From: an uncultured delta proteobacterium
Lineage (GTDB): Bacteria > Desulfobacterota > Desulfobacteria > Desulfobacterales > UBA2156
Length of the DNA stretch: 64,000 bases
Reading direction: 5' to 3'
Assembly: GCA_963736855.1 (NCBI GenBank)
Contig: CAVTQK010000014.1
Span: forward strand, 8,654 to 72,653
Below are positions 44,211 to 54,249 of this stretch, piece by piece. The translations under genes were made by a program, and so were the position numbers. The first letter of the stretch is position 1, and every line of letters starts with the position of its first letter. The notes beneath the pieces were generated by a model. It was given only the letters and a program-made list of their open reading frames with translations. It had not been told where the DNA came from and searched no databases.

Positions 44211-45548
44211 ATGGGAGAGAAGCGCTTCATTCTGAAATATGGAAAGGGAGAGGTCAGCTTCTCCATTCCAGAAGCGCATCTTCTCTATGAACTCGTGGGG
44301 CGCAACCGCAGGCCTCCGTCCGATCTGGCCGCAGCCTACCGTCACGCCCTGGATCAGCCCATTGACAGTCCCCCACTTAGGGAACTGCTCAAACCCGGCG
44401 AGACGGTGGCCATAACGGTCAGCGATATCACCCGCGGGTGGCAGCGTAACGCGGACACGCTGCCGCTGCTGCTGGAATACCTGAACGCGGCCGGGATTTC
44501 CGATGACAATGTGACCGTTATTATTGCGGTGGGGGCGCACCGCCAGAACACAGAGGCCGAATTTGTGGAGCTTTGCGGCGAGGGGATCTGCCATCGGGTC
44601 AGGGTGGTCAATCACAACGCCTGGGACACTGAAAACATGATCTATCTGGGAAAGACCAGCCGCGGCACTGAAGTCTCGATAAACCGGCTGGTCGCTGAAG
44701 CCGATAAAGTGATCCTCACCGGCGGAGTGATTTACCATTACATGGTCGGATACGGGGGAGGCCGGAAAAGCATCATGCCGGGCGTTTCATCGTTGAGGAC
44801 CATCCAGCAGAGCCATATGTGGGCGATGCAGAGGGAAGTCGGTGCGGGTACGAATCCTCTGTCCGCCAACAAGATGACGAAAGGAAACCCTGCTCATGAA
44901 GATATGATGGAAGCAACGGCCTTTGTGAAGCCGGACTTCATCGTGAATGTAGTCCCGAATCTGGACGGGGATATCGCAGGGATTTTCACGGGCAACTGGA
45001 TTTCTGCATGGCTTGAGGCCACGCGGATGGTGGATGATATCTTCGGGGTGGAAATCCGCGAGCAGGCGGATATTGTGATTGCCACTGCGGGAGGATACCC
45101 CAAGGATATCAACTTGTACCAGACGCAGAAGACCATCGACAACGCCTTCTCTGCCATGAAACCGGGCGGGACGGCTGTCATCTTGGCCGAATGTTTGGAC
45201 ATAACCGAGCCCGCGGAATTCTTTGACTGGTTTAGCTGCCACACTTTCCTGGAAATGGAGAAAGCCGTGAGGGCCAATTTCCTGATTTCCGGATGGGTGG
45301 CGGTGCGACAGATGGAGTATTGTCGGAAGGGCACCATGATCCTCATGACCCGCCGGGAAAACCTTGACCTTGCCGGAAGGGCCGGGGTTGTACCGGTCAG
45401 CAGCATGGACGATGCCCTGCGATTGGCCTATGAGAACAGCAGAACGGACAGACCGAAAATCACGATCATGCCCCAGGGGGCGAACACCTTTCCCATACTC
45501 GTGGGAAAGGGGCAGGATTTTTCCCGGGAAAGCCTTATCGAGGCTTAA
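44211..45548 (+). CDS. larA: LarA-family nickel-pincer 2-hydroxyacid racemase/epimerase
   Basis: SDITR, GAHR, NHN, HYMVGYGGGRKSIMPG, GGYPKDINLYQ. Confidence 0.88.
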   Translation: MGEKRFILKYGKGEVSFSIPEAHLLYELVGRNRRPPSDLAAAYRHALDQPIDSPPLRELLKPGETVAITVSDITRGWQRNADTLPLLLEYLNAAGISDDNVTVIIAVGAHRQNTEAEFVELCGEGICHRVRVVNHNAWDTENMIYLGKTSRGTEVSINRLVAEADKVILTGGVIYHYMVGYGGGRKSIMPGVSSLRTIQQSHMWAMQREVGAGTNPLSANKMTKGNPAHEDMMEATAFVKPDFIVNVVPNLDGDIAGIFTGNWISAWLEATRMVDDIFGVEIREQADIVIATAGGYPKDINLYQTQKTIDNAFSAMKPGGTAVILAECLDITEPAEFFDWFSCHTFLEMEKAVRANFLISGWVAVRQMEYCRKGTMILMTRRENLDLAGRAGVVPVSSMDDALRLAYENSRTDRPKITIMPQGANTFPILVGKGQDFSRESLIEA

Positions 45549-45576
45549 CCACATTTATCATAAAGGAGGATTGGAC

Positions 45577-46563
45577 ATGAAGAAAGCATTGGTGTCGAGT
45601 TTAGCGGTGTTGTTGGTTCTCGTGTGCGTCGGGCCGACTTGGGCCCAGTATAAGGCCACCATGAGGCTGGCCTCCGCCCTGCCCATGGACCATCCTTACA
45701 TGGTCGGGGCGCAGAAATTTGCCGATCTCATCAAGGAAAGAACCCAAGGCCGCATCGAGATCAAGCTTTACCCCAGCAACCAGTTGGGCAAAGGCGAGCG
45801 CGAAATGACGGAGGGCATCCAACAGGGCGCCATCGACTTGTTGGTGACCTCCACGGGGCCTTTAGGCGGGTTCAGCCCGTCCATCAACATCCTTGACTTC
45901 CCTTTTCTTTTCCGGGATTTCAACCATGTAGACCTTGTAATGGACGGTCCGATCGGCCGCAAGCTGCTGGACGACTTTGAGAAGGCCAATATCAAGGCCC
46001 TGTCTTTTTGGGAAAACGGGTTTCGTCACCTGACCAATTCCAAAGTCGAAGTCAAGAAGGTCACAGATGCTAAAGGTTTGAAGATCCGAACCATGGAAAA
46101 CAAAGTTCATCTGTCGGCATGGAAGGACGCCGGCCTCAATCCCACCCCCATGGCCTGGGGCGAGGTTTACACCGCGCTGCAGCAGAAGGTCATTGATGGA
46201 CAGGAAAACCCGATCGCCGTTTTCTACAGCTCCAAGTTCTGGGATGCGGGCCAGAAGCATTTCTCGCTCACGGCACACGTCTACTCCCCGTCCCCGTTCC
46301 TGATGAGCAAGAAAACCTTTGATTCCATGCCCAAGGAGGACCAGGAGCTTTTCGTGAAAACTTCTTATGAGGCAGGCAAGTTCCAGCGGAAAATCAACCG
46401 CGATGCCGAGGAGGCGAAATTGAAGGAGATGGCCGACAAGGGGGTCGCCATAGTGCGTGACGTGGACCGGGAGAGCTTCAAGAAGGCCATGGCACCGACC
46501 TATGAGGCTTTCAGCAGTCAGTACCCCAAAGCTGAAATCGAAGCCATTATGAACGCCAAGTAG
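45577..46563 (+). CDS. dctP: TRAP transporter substrate-binding protein
   Basis: Signal peptide, ENGFR, GLKIR, EVYTALQ..DGQENP. Confidence 0.93.
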   Translation: MKKALVSSLAVLLVLVCVGPTWAQYKATMRLASALPMDHPYMVGAQKFADLIKERTQGRIEIKLYPSNQLGKGEREMTEGIQQGAIDLLVTSTGPLGGFSPSINILDFPFLFRDFNHVDLVMDGPIGRKLLDDFEKANIKALSFWENGFRHLTNSKVEVKKVTDAKGLKIRTMENKVHLSAWKDAGLNPTPMAWGEVYTALQQKVIDGQENPIAVFYSSKFWDAGQKHFSLTAHVYSPSPFLMSKKTFDSMPKEDQELFVKTSYEAGKFQRKINRDAEEAKLKEMADKGVAIVRDVDRESFKKAMAPTYEAFSSQYPKAEIEAIMNAK

Positions 46564-46575
46564 TCACCCTGCCAC

Positions 46576-46611
46576 AGGCGCCCTTCGGAGCCTTCCCAGA
46601 GAAGGGCGCCT
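46576..46611 (+). terminator. Hairpin after dctP (attenuator or mRNA stabiliser)
   Basis: AGGCGCCCTTC..GAAGGGCGCCT. Confidence 0.55.
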
Positions 46612-46693
46612 TATCGTTTTCGTAAAAACGCCGGATGGTCAGACCCATCGTCATTCAGCCGGGCGTGAATATCGATTTGCCCTGGAGTATGTA

Positions 46694-47185
46694 ATGCGTG
46701 CATTGCAGATCTTCAACGAATGGATCGTGAAATTGGGGAGTTGGGGGACGATTCTGTTCATGGCCGTCATCGCCGTCGTAATCCCCTATGAAGTCATCGG
46801 CCGATATCTGTTTCAGAGAATGAATATCTGGACGGGGGAGGTTTCTACATACTCCCTGGTTTGGGCTTCCATGCTGGGCGGCGCCGTGGGGCTAAGAAAG
46901 GGCTACCTGGTAAGCATGACCTCGGTGCTGGAAGCCGTCCCGCCTGCAACGGCAAAAGCATTGAAGCTTGTAAGTTATTTATGCAGCCTCGTTTTCTTCG
47001 CCGCCTTGTTCGGCTATGGCCTTTTTCAGACCATCTATAACTGGAAACAGACCTCCCCGGCCATGGGCTTGATCATGAGCTTTCCCTACGCTGCGCTTCC
47101 GGCCGGTTTTTTCATCATGTTTTTCGTCACCCTGGAACAGTTCCTGGGATTGCTCGGTCTCGGTGCGAAAGGAGAAGGCCGATGA
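46694..47185 (+). CDS. dctQ: TRAP small permease
   Basis: 4 TM helices, RY..W..E, QTSPAMG. Confidence 0.9.
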   Translation: MRALQIFNEWIVKLGSWGTILFMAVIAVVIPYEVIGRYLFQRMNIWTGEVSTYSLVWASMLGGAVGLRKGYLVSMTSVLEAVPPATAKALKLVSYLCSLVFFAALFGYGLFQTIYNWKQTSPAMGLIMSFPYAALPAGFFIMFFVTLEQFLGLLGLGAKGEGR

Positions 47186-48459
47186 TCGTGTTTGTCGGCT
47201 CCTTTATCGCACTGTTGTGCATCTCCGCACCCATCCTCGTGGCACTGGGCGGCTGCTCCCTGGCCTATGCCCTGATCAGCGGGAATGTGCCCATCACGAC
47301 GCTGATTCAAACCACATTCGGAGGCCTGGCGACATTCCCCCTGCTCGCCATACCGCTCTTCATGCTGGCGGGAAACCTCATGAATGCGGGCGGGATCACG
47401 CCGGTCCTCGTGGACTTTGCCCGCCTCCTGCTTGGGCATATCCGGGGCGGGCTGGGGCATGCCACGATCCTGGCCTGCGCCATCTTCGCGGCGATCTCCG
47501 GAGCTGCCGTCGCCACTGCAGTCGCCATCGGCGTGGTGATGATTCCCGCCATGCATCAGGCAGGCTACGACGATGATGTGGCCGCCGCCCTGACCTGCAC
47601 GTCCTCTTGTATGGGGCCCATCATTCCTCCCAGCATCCCCTTCATCATCTACGGAGTTGCCGCCAACGTTTCGATCGGCGCCCTCTTTCTGGGCGGAGTT
47701 TTTCCGGGCATCCTGCTCGGCCTGGCCTTGATGTCCTATATGGCCTATGTGGCGACCAAGCGCAACTACCCGAAAGACCCCCGAAGGCCGATGAAAGAAG
47801 TCCTGGTAGCCACATGGAAGGCTTTGCCTGCCCTCTTCATGCCGATCATGATCATGGGCGGGATCCTGACCGGTATGTTTACCCCAACCGAGGCCGCCGG
47901 CATCACGGTCGTTTATGCCGCCCTTGTGGGAGGTTTTATCTACCGCAAGTTGACCTTGAGAAACCTTCCCGATGTCCTGCTCAAAGCCGGTCTGGAATCG
48001 GGAATGGTCATGATGCTCATTGCCATGTCAGAACCTTTTGCCTGGATCGTCGCCCTGAATCAGATCCCACAGTTTCTCATCGATTGGATTTCTACCTTGA
48101 CCACCTCTCCCTGGGTGATCCTGCTGCTGGTCAATGTTTTTCTCCTGCTCCTCGGGATCCCCATGGAAACCGCACCCGCCCTCGTCATCGTCACACCGGT
48201 GCTCGCGCCCATAGCCGTCACCCTGGGCATCGATCCGGTGCATATGGGCATCGTCATCTGCCTAAACCTTGTTCTGGGTCTGATTACACCGCCGGTCGGC
48301 GCTGTGCTCTTTGCGGTCTGCGGGGTGGCGAATATCTCCCTCGACCGCCTGAGCAGGGCAATTTGGGCACCCTTTGCGGTCGCTCTGGTGGTGCTGCTTA
48401 TCGTGACTTACATCCCCTGGTTCAGCACCTTCCTGCCTAGAATTTTCATGGGAGGTTAA
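47182..48459 (+). CDS. dctM: TRAP large permease
   Basis: LLAIPLFMLAG, IIPPSIP, FTPTEA, GLITPPVG. Confidence 0.93.
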   Translation: MIVFVGSFIALLCISAPILVALGGCSLAYALISGNVPITTLIQTTFGGLATFPLLAIPLFMLAGNLMNAGGITPVLVDFARLLLGHIRGGLGHATILACAIFAAISGAAVATAVAIGVVMIPAMHQAGYDDDVAAALTCTSSCMGPIIPPSIPFIIYGVAANVSIGALFLGGVFPGILLGLALMSYMAYVATKRNYPKDPRRPMKEVLVATWKALPALFMPIMIMGGILTGMFTPTEAAGITVVYAALVGGFIYRKLTLRNLPDVLLKAGLESGMVMMLIAMSEPFAWIVALNQIPQFLIDWISTLTTSPWVILLLVNVFLLLLGIPMETAPALVIVTPVLAPIAVTLGIDPVHMGIVICLNLVLGLITPPVGAVLFAVCGVANISLDRLSRAIWAPFAVALVVLLIVTYIPWFSTFLPRIFMGG

Positions 48460-48472
48460 GGGTAGGGGCGCT

Positions 48473-48764
48473 ATGGTTCAAGTCATTATCCCCTTTCATG
48501 GGAGACCTTATCGGTTCGATGTGCCGGACAGGAATCCGGCCGAGGTCTTGAGCCCCAGGTCCGCGCCGTCTGTTGACAATAAGGGACCGCCTCACGGTCG
48601 GACTGGCCGAGGGATGGCTCCAAGGCGGACTGATCCTGGGAATTGCTCCGCTTTCCCTGACGGGACCCACTGAAATTCCCGACCGGGTGGTCCGTGGGTT
48701 TGCCGAGGTGACTGAAGCTCTGATCAGACAGTCGGCGCCCCGCAATCCCTTTTACAACTCCTGA
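48473..48764 (+). pseudogene. Fused remnants: LarA-like N-terminus plus a possible DUF1537 (four-carbon acid-sugar kinase) C-terminus
   Basis: MVQVIIPFHGRPYRFDVPDRN..VLSP resembles a LarA start; GLAEGWLQGG resembles the DUF1537 C-terminal motif. Confidence 0.35.
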
Positions 48765-48790
48765 GACTTCTTTCATAAAGGCGGACTATA

Positions 48791-49258
48791 ATGGCAACAA
48801 ACCAGAGACGACCGCTGTTGGGCATCCCCGCGCATCGCTGTGGCGGGTCTAAACCCTCACTGCAGAGAGGGCGGTTTGTTCGGCACCGAGGATGATGAGG
48901 AAATTGCCCCGGCCGTGGCCGAAGCGCGGGACGCCGGAATCAACGCCGAAGGCCCGCTTCCGGCCGACACGGTCTTTTCCAAAATGCTAGGAGGCATGTA
49001 TGATCTGGTGGTGGTGATGTAACACGATCAGGGCCATATCCCGACCAAGCTTGTGGGGTTCAAATACGACGACAAGACCCAAACCTGGGGCAGCATGGCC
49101 GGCGTTACGTCACCCTGGGATTACCGATCATTCGCACATCCGTGGATCACGGAACTGCCTTCGGCAAGGCCGGTGAGGGACGTGCCAATCCCCAATCGAT
49201 GATCGACGTTATCCGCCTTGCGGCCTTGCTGGCATTGCAGGATAGAAAGTGGGGTTAG
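48791..49258 (+). pseudogene. pdxA: PdxA/PdxA2 dehydrogenase pseudogene (large internal deletion, nonsense codon, frameshift)
   Basis: [12 protein letters not shown] joined directly to [40 protein letters not shown]. Confidence 0.85.
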
Positions 49259-49390
49259 AGCACCGGGCGCGTTTTCATCATAGACGCCCGCTTCAAGTTG
49301 ATAAAATAATAGTATTTGACGACTTAGAGTCAGTAAAAATAGATTTTTTTAAACCCATCCTTGACTTTAGTTTAAAAATATGATCTTTTA

Positions 49391-50179
49391 ATGAGCATGA
49401 GTCATCAAGTAAAAACTAAAATAAACCGGTTGATCACAGAATGGCCCAGAGGCACGGTTGGAGTTGCATCTTATTTGAACACCTTGGGCTTCGGCCATGA
49501 TCTTCTGGCAAAATACAGAAAGAGCGGATGGATAGATTCCTTTGGAAGAGGCGCCTATACCCTCAATGAAGACAAAGTGGAATGGGCTGGTGCCCTTTAT
49601 GCGCTTCAAACCCAACTGAAGCTCAATGTCCATGCAGGAGGGAAAACATCCCTTGAACTGAAAGGTTATGCCCATTACCTGCCAGTTCAACAGAAGAAGA
49701 TATTTCTGTATGGCCCTCTCGGGCAGGTTTTGCCCATGTGGTTCAAAAGAGCCCCTTTAGGTGTCGATATAGTCATGACGCGCACAAATCTGTTTCCTGC
49801 CCACGTCCAAGATGGTTTTTCAGACTACACTGAGAGGGATTTCTTTTTAAGAATCTCCTCCCCTGAAAGGGCAGCGCTGGAAATGCTTCATTTGGTCCCC
49901 CGAAAAGTGACTTTCGAGGAGGCCTCATTAATCCTGGAGAATCTCGTCAGCCTCCGTCCGGAGCTTGTTCAGAAATTGCTTGATTCATGCCGGTCTGTCA
50001 AAGTGAAGAGGCTCTTCCTTTACATGGCGGAGAAACACGAGCATGCCTGGCTTTCGCAGCTCGATCTTTCCCGAGTCGATTTGGGGCATGGAAAGCGGAT
50101 GCTGGTTCCGAACGGAAGGTATGAGAAGAAATATCGGATCACAGTTCCCAGGGATCATCAGGAAGAGGTCTCCGGATGA
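49391..50179 (+). CDS. abiEi: Type IV TA antitoxin AbiEi
   Basis: TKINRL, Y.KSGW, SSPERAALE, SVKVKRLFLY. Confidence 0.88.
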   Translation: MSMSHQVKTKINRLITEWPRGTVGVASYLNTLGFGHDLLAKYRKSGWIDSFGRGAYTLNEDKVEWAGALYALQTQLKLNVHAGGKTSLELKGYAHYLPVQQKKIFLYGPLGQVLPMWFKRAPLGVDIVMTRTNLFPAHVQDGFSDYTERDFFLRISSPERAALEMLHLVPRKVTFEEASLILENLVSLRPELVQKLLDSCRSVKVKRLFLYMAEKHEHAWLSQLDLSRVDLGHGKRMLVPNGRYEKKYRITVPRDHQEEVSG

Positions 50180-51093
50180 AGGATACGGTATTCTTCAGAC
50201 AGGCGGAATTGCTCCTCAGAATCTTGCCTTTGATTCATAGAGAGGAGGTGTTCGCCTTGAAGGGAGGGACGGCGATCAACTTCTTCGTTCGGGACCTCCC
50301 TCGTCTTTCAGTGGACATAGACCTTACGTATCTTCCGGTGAATGAAAGAGACTTTGCCCTGAACGATATCCGTAATGCTTTGATACGTATCTCTGAAGAG
50401 ATCCAGAGGAGGATACCAGGGACAAAAGTGACCTTGAGAAAAATCCACGGCGCAAATATCTTGAAGGGCATGGTTGTGGAAAGAGAGGGAGTCACCGTCA
50501 AAATAGAGCCAAATCTGGTCATGAGAGGCTCTGTGTATCCCCCCGAAGTACGAACCTTGTCCAGGAAAGCTCAAGAGGTCTTTGAACTTTCTATCCAGAA
50601 CCGAATCCTTTCCACTGAAGAATTGTACGCCGGGAAAATCTGTGCAGCCCTTGACCGTCAGCATCCCAGGGATCTCTTCGATGTGCATTGGCTGATCAGA
50701 AATGAGGATCTCAGCCTTAGAACAAGAAAGGCATTCCTTGTCTATGTCATAAGCCACCCAAGACCCATGATCGAAATCCTGAATCCCCGCTTCAATGACA
50801 TACGGGATGTCTTCGAAAATGAATTCAAGGAACTGGTAACTGAGAAAGTGAGCTATGAGGAGCTTTGCGCGACAAGAGAAAGCTTGGTTTCAATGCTAAC
50901 GAATGAGGTTACGCCTGAGGAAAAACACTTCCTCGTTTCAGTAAAGGAAGGCGTGCCCAAGTGGGATCTTCTTGGGCTTGAAGGAGTTGAGAAACTGCCC
51001 GCAGTCAAGTGGAAGCTCCTGAATATCGGGAAAATGGAACCATCAAAACACAGGGATGCTGTTCATAAGTTAAGGGATTATGTCGGTATGTAG
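50176..51093 (+). CDS. abiEii: Type IV TA nucleotidyltransferase toxin AbiEii
   Basis: FALKGGTAIN..RLSVDIDL, GKICAALDRQHPRDLFD. Confidence 0.92.
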   Translation: MKDTVFFRQAELLLRILPLIHREEVFALKGGTAINFFVRDLPRLSVDIDLTYLPVNERDFALNDIRNALIRISEEIQRRIPGTKVTLRKIHGANILKGMVVEREGVTVKIEPNLVMRGSVYPPEVRTLSRKAQEVFELSIQNRILSTEELYAGKICAALDRQHPRDLFDVHWLIRNEDLSLRTRKAFLVYVISHPRPMIEILNPRFNDIRDVFENEFKELVTEKVSYEELCATRESLVSMLTNEVTPEEKHFLVSVKEGVPKWDLLGLEGVEKLPAVKWKLLNIGKMEPSKHRDAVHKLRDYVGM

Positions 51094-51297
51094 AACCCAC
51101 CTGCCCGGGTAAGATGTGATCGTTGGGCGGCTCAACCTTTCTTCAGAAGCAAGGAAAAGTCCGCAAAATCGCCTGGAAATGGGAGAAAAGCCTTCAATTG
51201 ACAGTCGCGCACAAGAAGAATAGAATCGCGTTGTAATTGGCTATTCGTTACAGACAGTTACCCAAGGCAAACACAACTCACTGGTGGACATGGCCTA

Positions 51298-52221
51298 TTC
51301 GGCCTGGTCAGCGATTTCCTTTCCTCATGCTGGAATCATCTGCGCTCCCAAAGCCGGGTCAACAAGCTGCAAGGTCGTATCCAATTCGGTGGCGCCTTGA
51401 GCGGACGCGACACGTCCGCCACGCAAAAAACGATAAGTGGACTACTCAAACTGATGTTTCCCGATCCCGAAGCCAATATCCCCAACGATGCCATCGAGTG
51501 GGCTGCTAAGCTCGCTCTGGAATGTCGCCGAAGGGTGAAGGAGCAACAAAAACGCATAGGGGCTGCCGAATTCCGAAACACCCATTTCAGTTTCACCATG
51601 ATCCCCGATGGGATTGAGCAATTCGTCTCAACACCTGAACTTCACCGCGAGAACAGCATCGGCAGCGACCCGCTCCCTGCCGATCAGATATGGGCGTTGT
51701 CTCCCGGCGGCACTGATGAGAATCCCGGACTGTTCTGCATTGAGGTGACGGAAGGACCAGGAAGTGGGGTGAAGATTCTCAATCAAAGCCCTCCGGGGCC
51801 GCTCAAGGAGAGCGTGCGCTGTGCCGAACAAAATCTCTATGCCAGAGCAAGGGAACTGGTCGGTGATCGCGATCCACGTGCCCATGAGTTCACCATCCAG
51901 TTCCGTGCTTTTGATGCCTGCAAGAGCGCTGCGGCAACAGGAATACCCATCTTGCTCGCCATGAGTTCCGCGCTGGTCGAGCGCAGCCTGGAAGGCGGAC
52001 TCGTCATCGTGGGCGGACTCAATCTCGGGGGATCCATCGAGCCCATATACAACGCCGTCAGCATCATCGAACTGGCTGCCGACAAAGGAGCCCAGAAAAT
52101 CCTCATTCCTGTCTCTGCGCGCAAGCAACTTTTCGAATTACCTGACGACTTGGCCACCAAAGTCATTGTCGTGTATTATGCAGATGCAAAAGATGCCCTG
52201 CTCAAAGCGCTCAGTGAATAA
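51298..52221 (+). pseudogene. brxL: 5'-truncated BREX Lon-like protease BrxL (C-terminal part only)
   Basis: FGLVSDFL..GALSGRD, ALECRRRVKEQQKRIG, GGLNLGGSI; no start codon or N-terminal domains. Confidence 0.8.
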
Positions 52222-52277
52222 AAATCTGATATCAAATTAGCGTCTCAAAAACAAGAAACATACCTCCAGACGCAGAT

Positions 52278-52298
52278 GGGCACAATTTCGGGCACAAT
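52278..52298 (+). repeat. Tandem GGGCACAAT repeat, arm-type integrase-binding site candidate (left of att core)
   Basis: GGGCACAAT-TTC-GGGCACAAT. Confidence 0.55.
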
Positions 52299-52353
52299 CT
52301 TCTTTTGACAATAAAAAAGGGAGTCGCAAAAATGGCTAACTCCCTGAAATTAT

Positions 52354-52413
52354 TGGTGCCTGGAGCCGGAATCGAACCGGCACGGGGACTTAGCCCCAAG
52401 GGATTTTAAGTCC
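52354..52413 (-). tRNA. 3' fragment of tRNA-Leu(TAA), from anticodon arm to CCA: att-site duplication, not a full gene
   Basis: Reverse complement GGACTTAAAATCC-long variable arm-GCCGGTTCGATTCCGGC-TCCAGGCACCA; 5' half absent. Confidence 0.85.
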
Positions 52414-52523
52414 TAGAACACAAAACATGAAATATTGTTCAATTACAACTACTTGATCTTGTGGCTATTTTTCAATGCGTTTTTGGTTTCATTTGGAAAT
52501 ATTTGAAAAAATTTGACCTTGAC

Positions 52524-52543
52524 GGGCACAATTTGGGCACAAT
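52524..52543 (+). repeat. Tandem GGGCACAAT repeat, arm-type site candidate (right of att core)
   Basis: GGGCACAAT-TT-GGGCACAAT. Confidence 0.55.
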
Positions 52544-52964
52544 TTTTTATCCATCACATTCCCAACAACAAAACCAAAACGGAAATACGGGCAGTCTGTA
52601 TATTTCAAAAACCGACTAAAAATTCATCTATTTGGAAATCCGAACCGTCCACACATTAGAGTGTTTGCGATCTCCTCCCCCACGGTCGCAATTGAAAACG
52701 TTCTGACCCTTATAGCATAATGTAATAACATAACAATTCCATTTGGTTATCCTCATCTTCCTCATTACAATCGGACCTTACCAGTCATCATTTCAATCCT
52801 GTAAAACTGAAAGAAAAGTGAGCAGAATAGACCCTAATCAGGTAGGATAGTATAGAATAATCTAGGATAGCATCACGTCAAAGAAGGAAGGAAGGAAGAA
52901 AGGGGTGTTAGGGCTATCCTACTGTAATTTAGATGTATTTTTATTATGGTACGGTAAAAAGCCC

Positions 52965-53111
52965 ATGGTCACATACCAAGACATCAAATCAAAGCCCTAT
53001 TTCAAACAGATCCTTCGTTATGTCGAGGAGTATTTGAATTGTCGGTTCCAGCGTACTGGTAAAGATAAATACAGCGCCCTTGTCCTTCTCCTTGCCTTCT
53101 GCTCGGTGTAA
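52965..53111 (+). pseudogene. Possible remnant of a primase-type zinc-finger N-terminus
   Basis: ..EEYLNCRFQRTGKDKYSA followed by CP in a shifted frame; interrupted by the cassette array. Confidence 0.3.
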
Positions 53112-53154
53112 ACCTGGTGTAAGGACTCTCACCTCACAAGCCCTGTGCCATGCT

Positions 53155-53210
53155 CGGTAACGAAAAAATCAGCCGGAGCGTAGCGATCGGCTGGATTGAC
53201 CGTGTTGGAC
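53155..53210 (-). other. attC site
   Basis: Minus strand GTCCAAC..ATCCAGCCG..CGGCTGAT..GTTACCG with one extrahelical base. Confidence 0.75.
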
Positions 53211-53300
53211 TATGGTTTATGTGTTGCATTATGTCCACTGTTACTGTCAAAGGCTAACTGGCTATCCTGATGCCAGAATTGCCGTGAGATAATGATTCTC

Positions 53301-54125
53301 TTACTGCACCGTGACGACGACTGAAGCCTCTTTGTTGAAGGGGTTAGTGCGCACAGCTAGGGAGAAGAGAAAAGGATAGTTATTTTTCAGATACTTCATA
53401 TAGATAATCCATTCTGCCACCATCAGGTGGTAGCCCCGTTTGATATCTCCTGCAAGATGATTTACGTCTGGTTTCGGCACATCTTCGAAAGAACTACGGT
53501 AAGCTAACTCTTCGGTGAGATGAAAGACGGCGCGTAACAGATCGGTAAAGGACTGATGCTCCATGAGCACAGGGTTTTCTAAGAGCCTCAGGAGAAAGTC
53601 TCGTTTTGCTGTGAGAAAGCCCTTTAGTGCAAGAAAATCTACCTGCGAGACATCAACGCCGAAGTCGTGCTTCACAGACTCCTTACTGGCGGCAATAAAC
53701 TCCTTGTCTTTCCAGGTTTCGGTTATGATTAAACTGCGCCTGATGGCGTCGAAATTGGGGTCGTAACGGGCGAATCGGGAGAGAAGTTCCAGACCGACCT
53801 CGCTGTAAAAGACACCGATAATCATGTTGAGTTTTTTCATGCGGCTTTCCATCTCCCGTTTTTCCAGCATGATCTCTGTAACATTGGCTATGACGCCAAG
53901 AAACGTGCCCACTCCGGTGACGATGATAAAAAGAGCAAAGATTTTCCCAAAATTAGTTACTGGATAGACATCGCCGTATCCCACCGTTGCCATGGTAACG
54001 ATGACAAAATAAAAGGAATCGATAAGAGACTTTTTCTCAATGGTCATCATGCCTATCGTACCTAAAACGATGACCGCAAAGAATATGATGAGGTATATTT
54101 TCAGCCGCGATTTGATATTTCCCAT
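53301..54125 (-). CDS. Potassium channel-family protein (gene cassette)
   Basis: TMATVGYGD selectivity filter. Confidence 0.9.
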   Translation of the reverse strand: MGNIKSRLKIYLIIFFAVIVLGTIGMMTIEKKSLIDSFYFVIVTMATVGYGDVYPVTNFGKIFALFIIVTGVGTFLGVIANVTEIMLEKREMESRMKKLNMIIGVFYSEVGLELLSRFARYDPNFDAIRRSLIITETWKDKEFIAASKESVKHDFGVDVSQVDFLALKGFLTAKRDFLLRLLENPVLMEHQSFTDLLRAVFHLTEELAYRSSFEDVPKPDVNHLAGDIKRGYHLMVAEWIIYMKYLKNNYPFLFSLAVRTNPFNKEASVVVTVQ

Positions 54126-54160
54126 TAGGTAGTTCTCATTTATCTTTTTCTGCTGTACGC

Positions 54161-54249
54161 CGATAACGGGGCAGCGAGATGAGCCGCCGTCGGCTGGGGG
54201 CGGAAATTGCGTGTTTTATGCAATTTGCCGTGCCAGCCGACCGAAGCGG
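54161..54249 (-). other. Truncated attC (R' half and long stem only)
   Basis: CGATAAC..TCGGCTGG/CCAGCCGA and AAATTGC/GCAATTT stem; R'' end replaced by the next attC. Confidence 0.5.

Noticed and set aside
49020..49022. Recoded stop (Sec/Pyl) in pdxA
   Set aside because: The codon is TAA at a conserved Tyr, and the gene also has a large deletion and a frameshift
52354..52413. Functional tRNA-Leu gene
   Set aside because: The 5' acceptor strand and D-arm are missing
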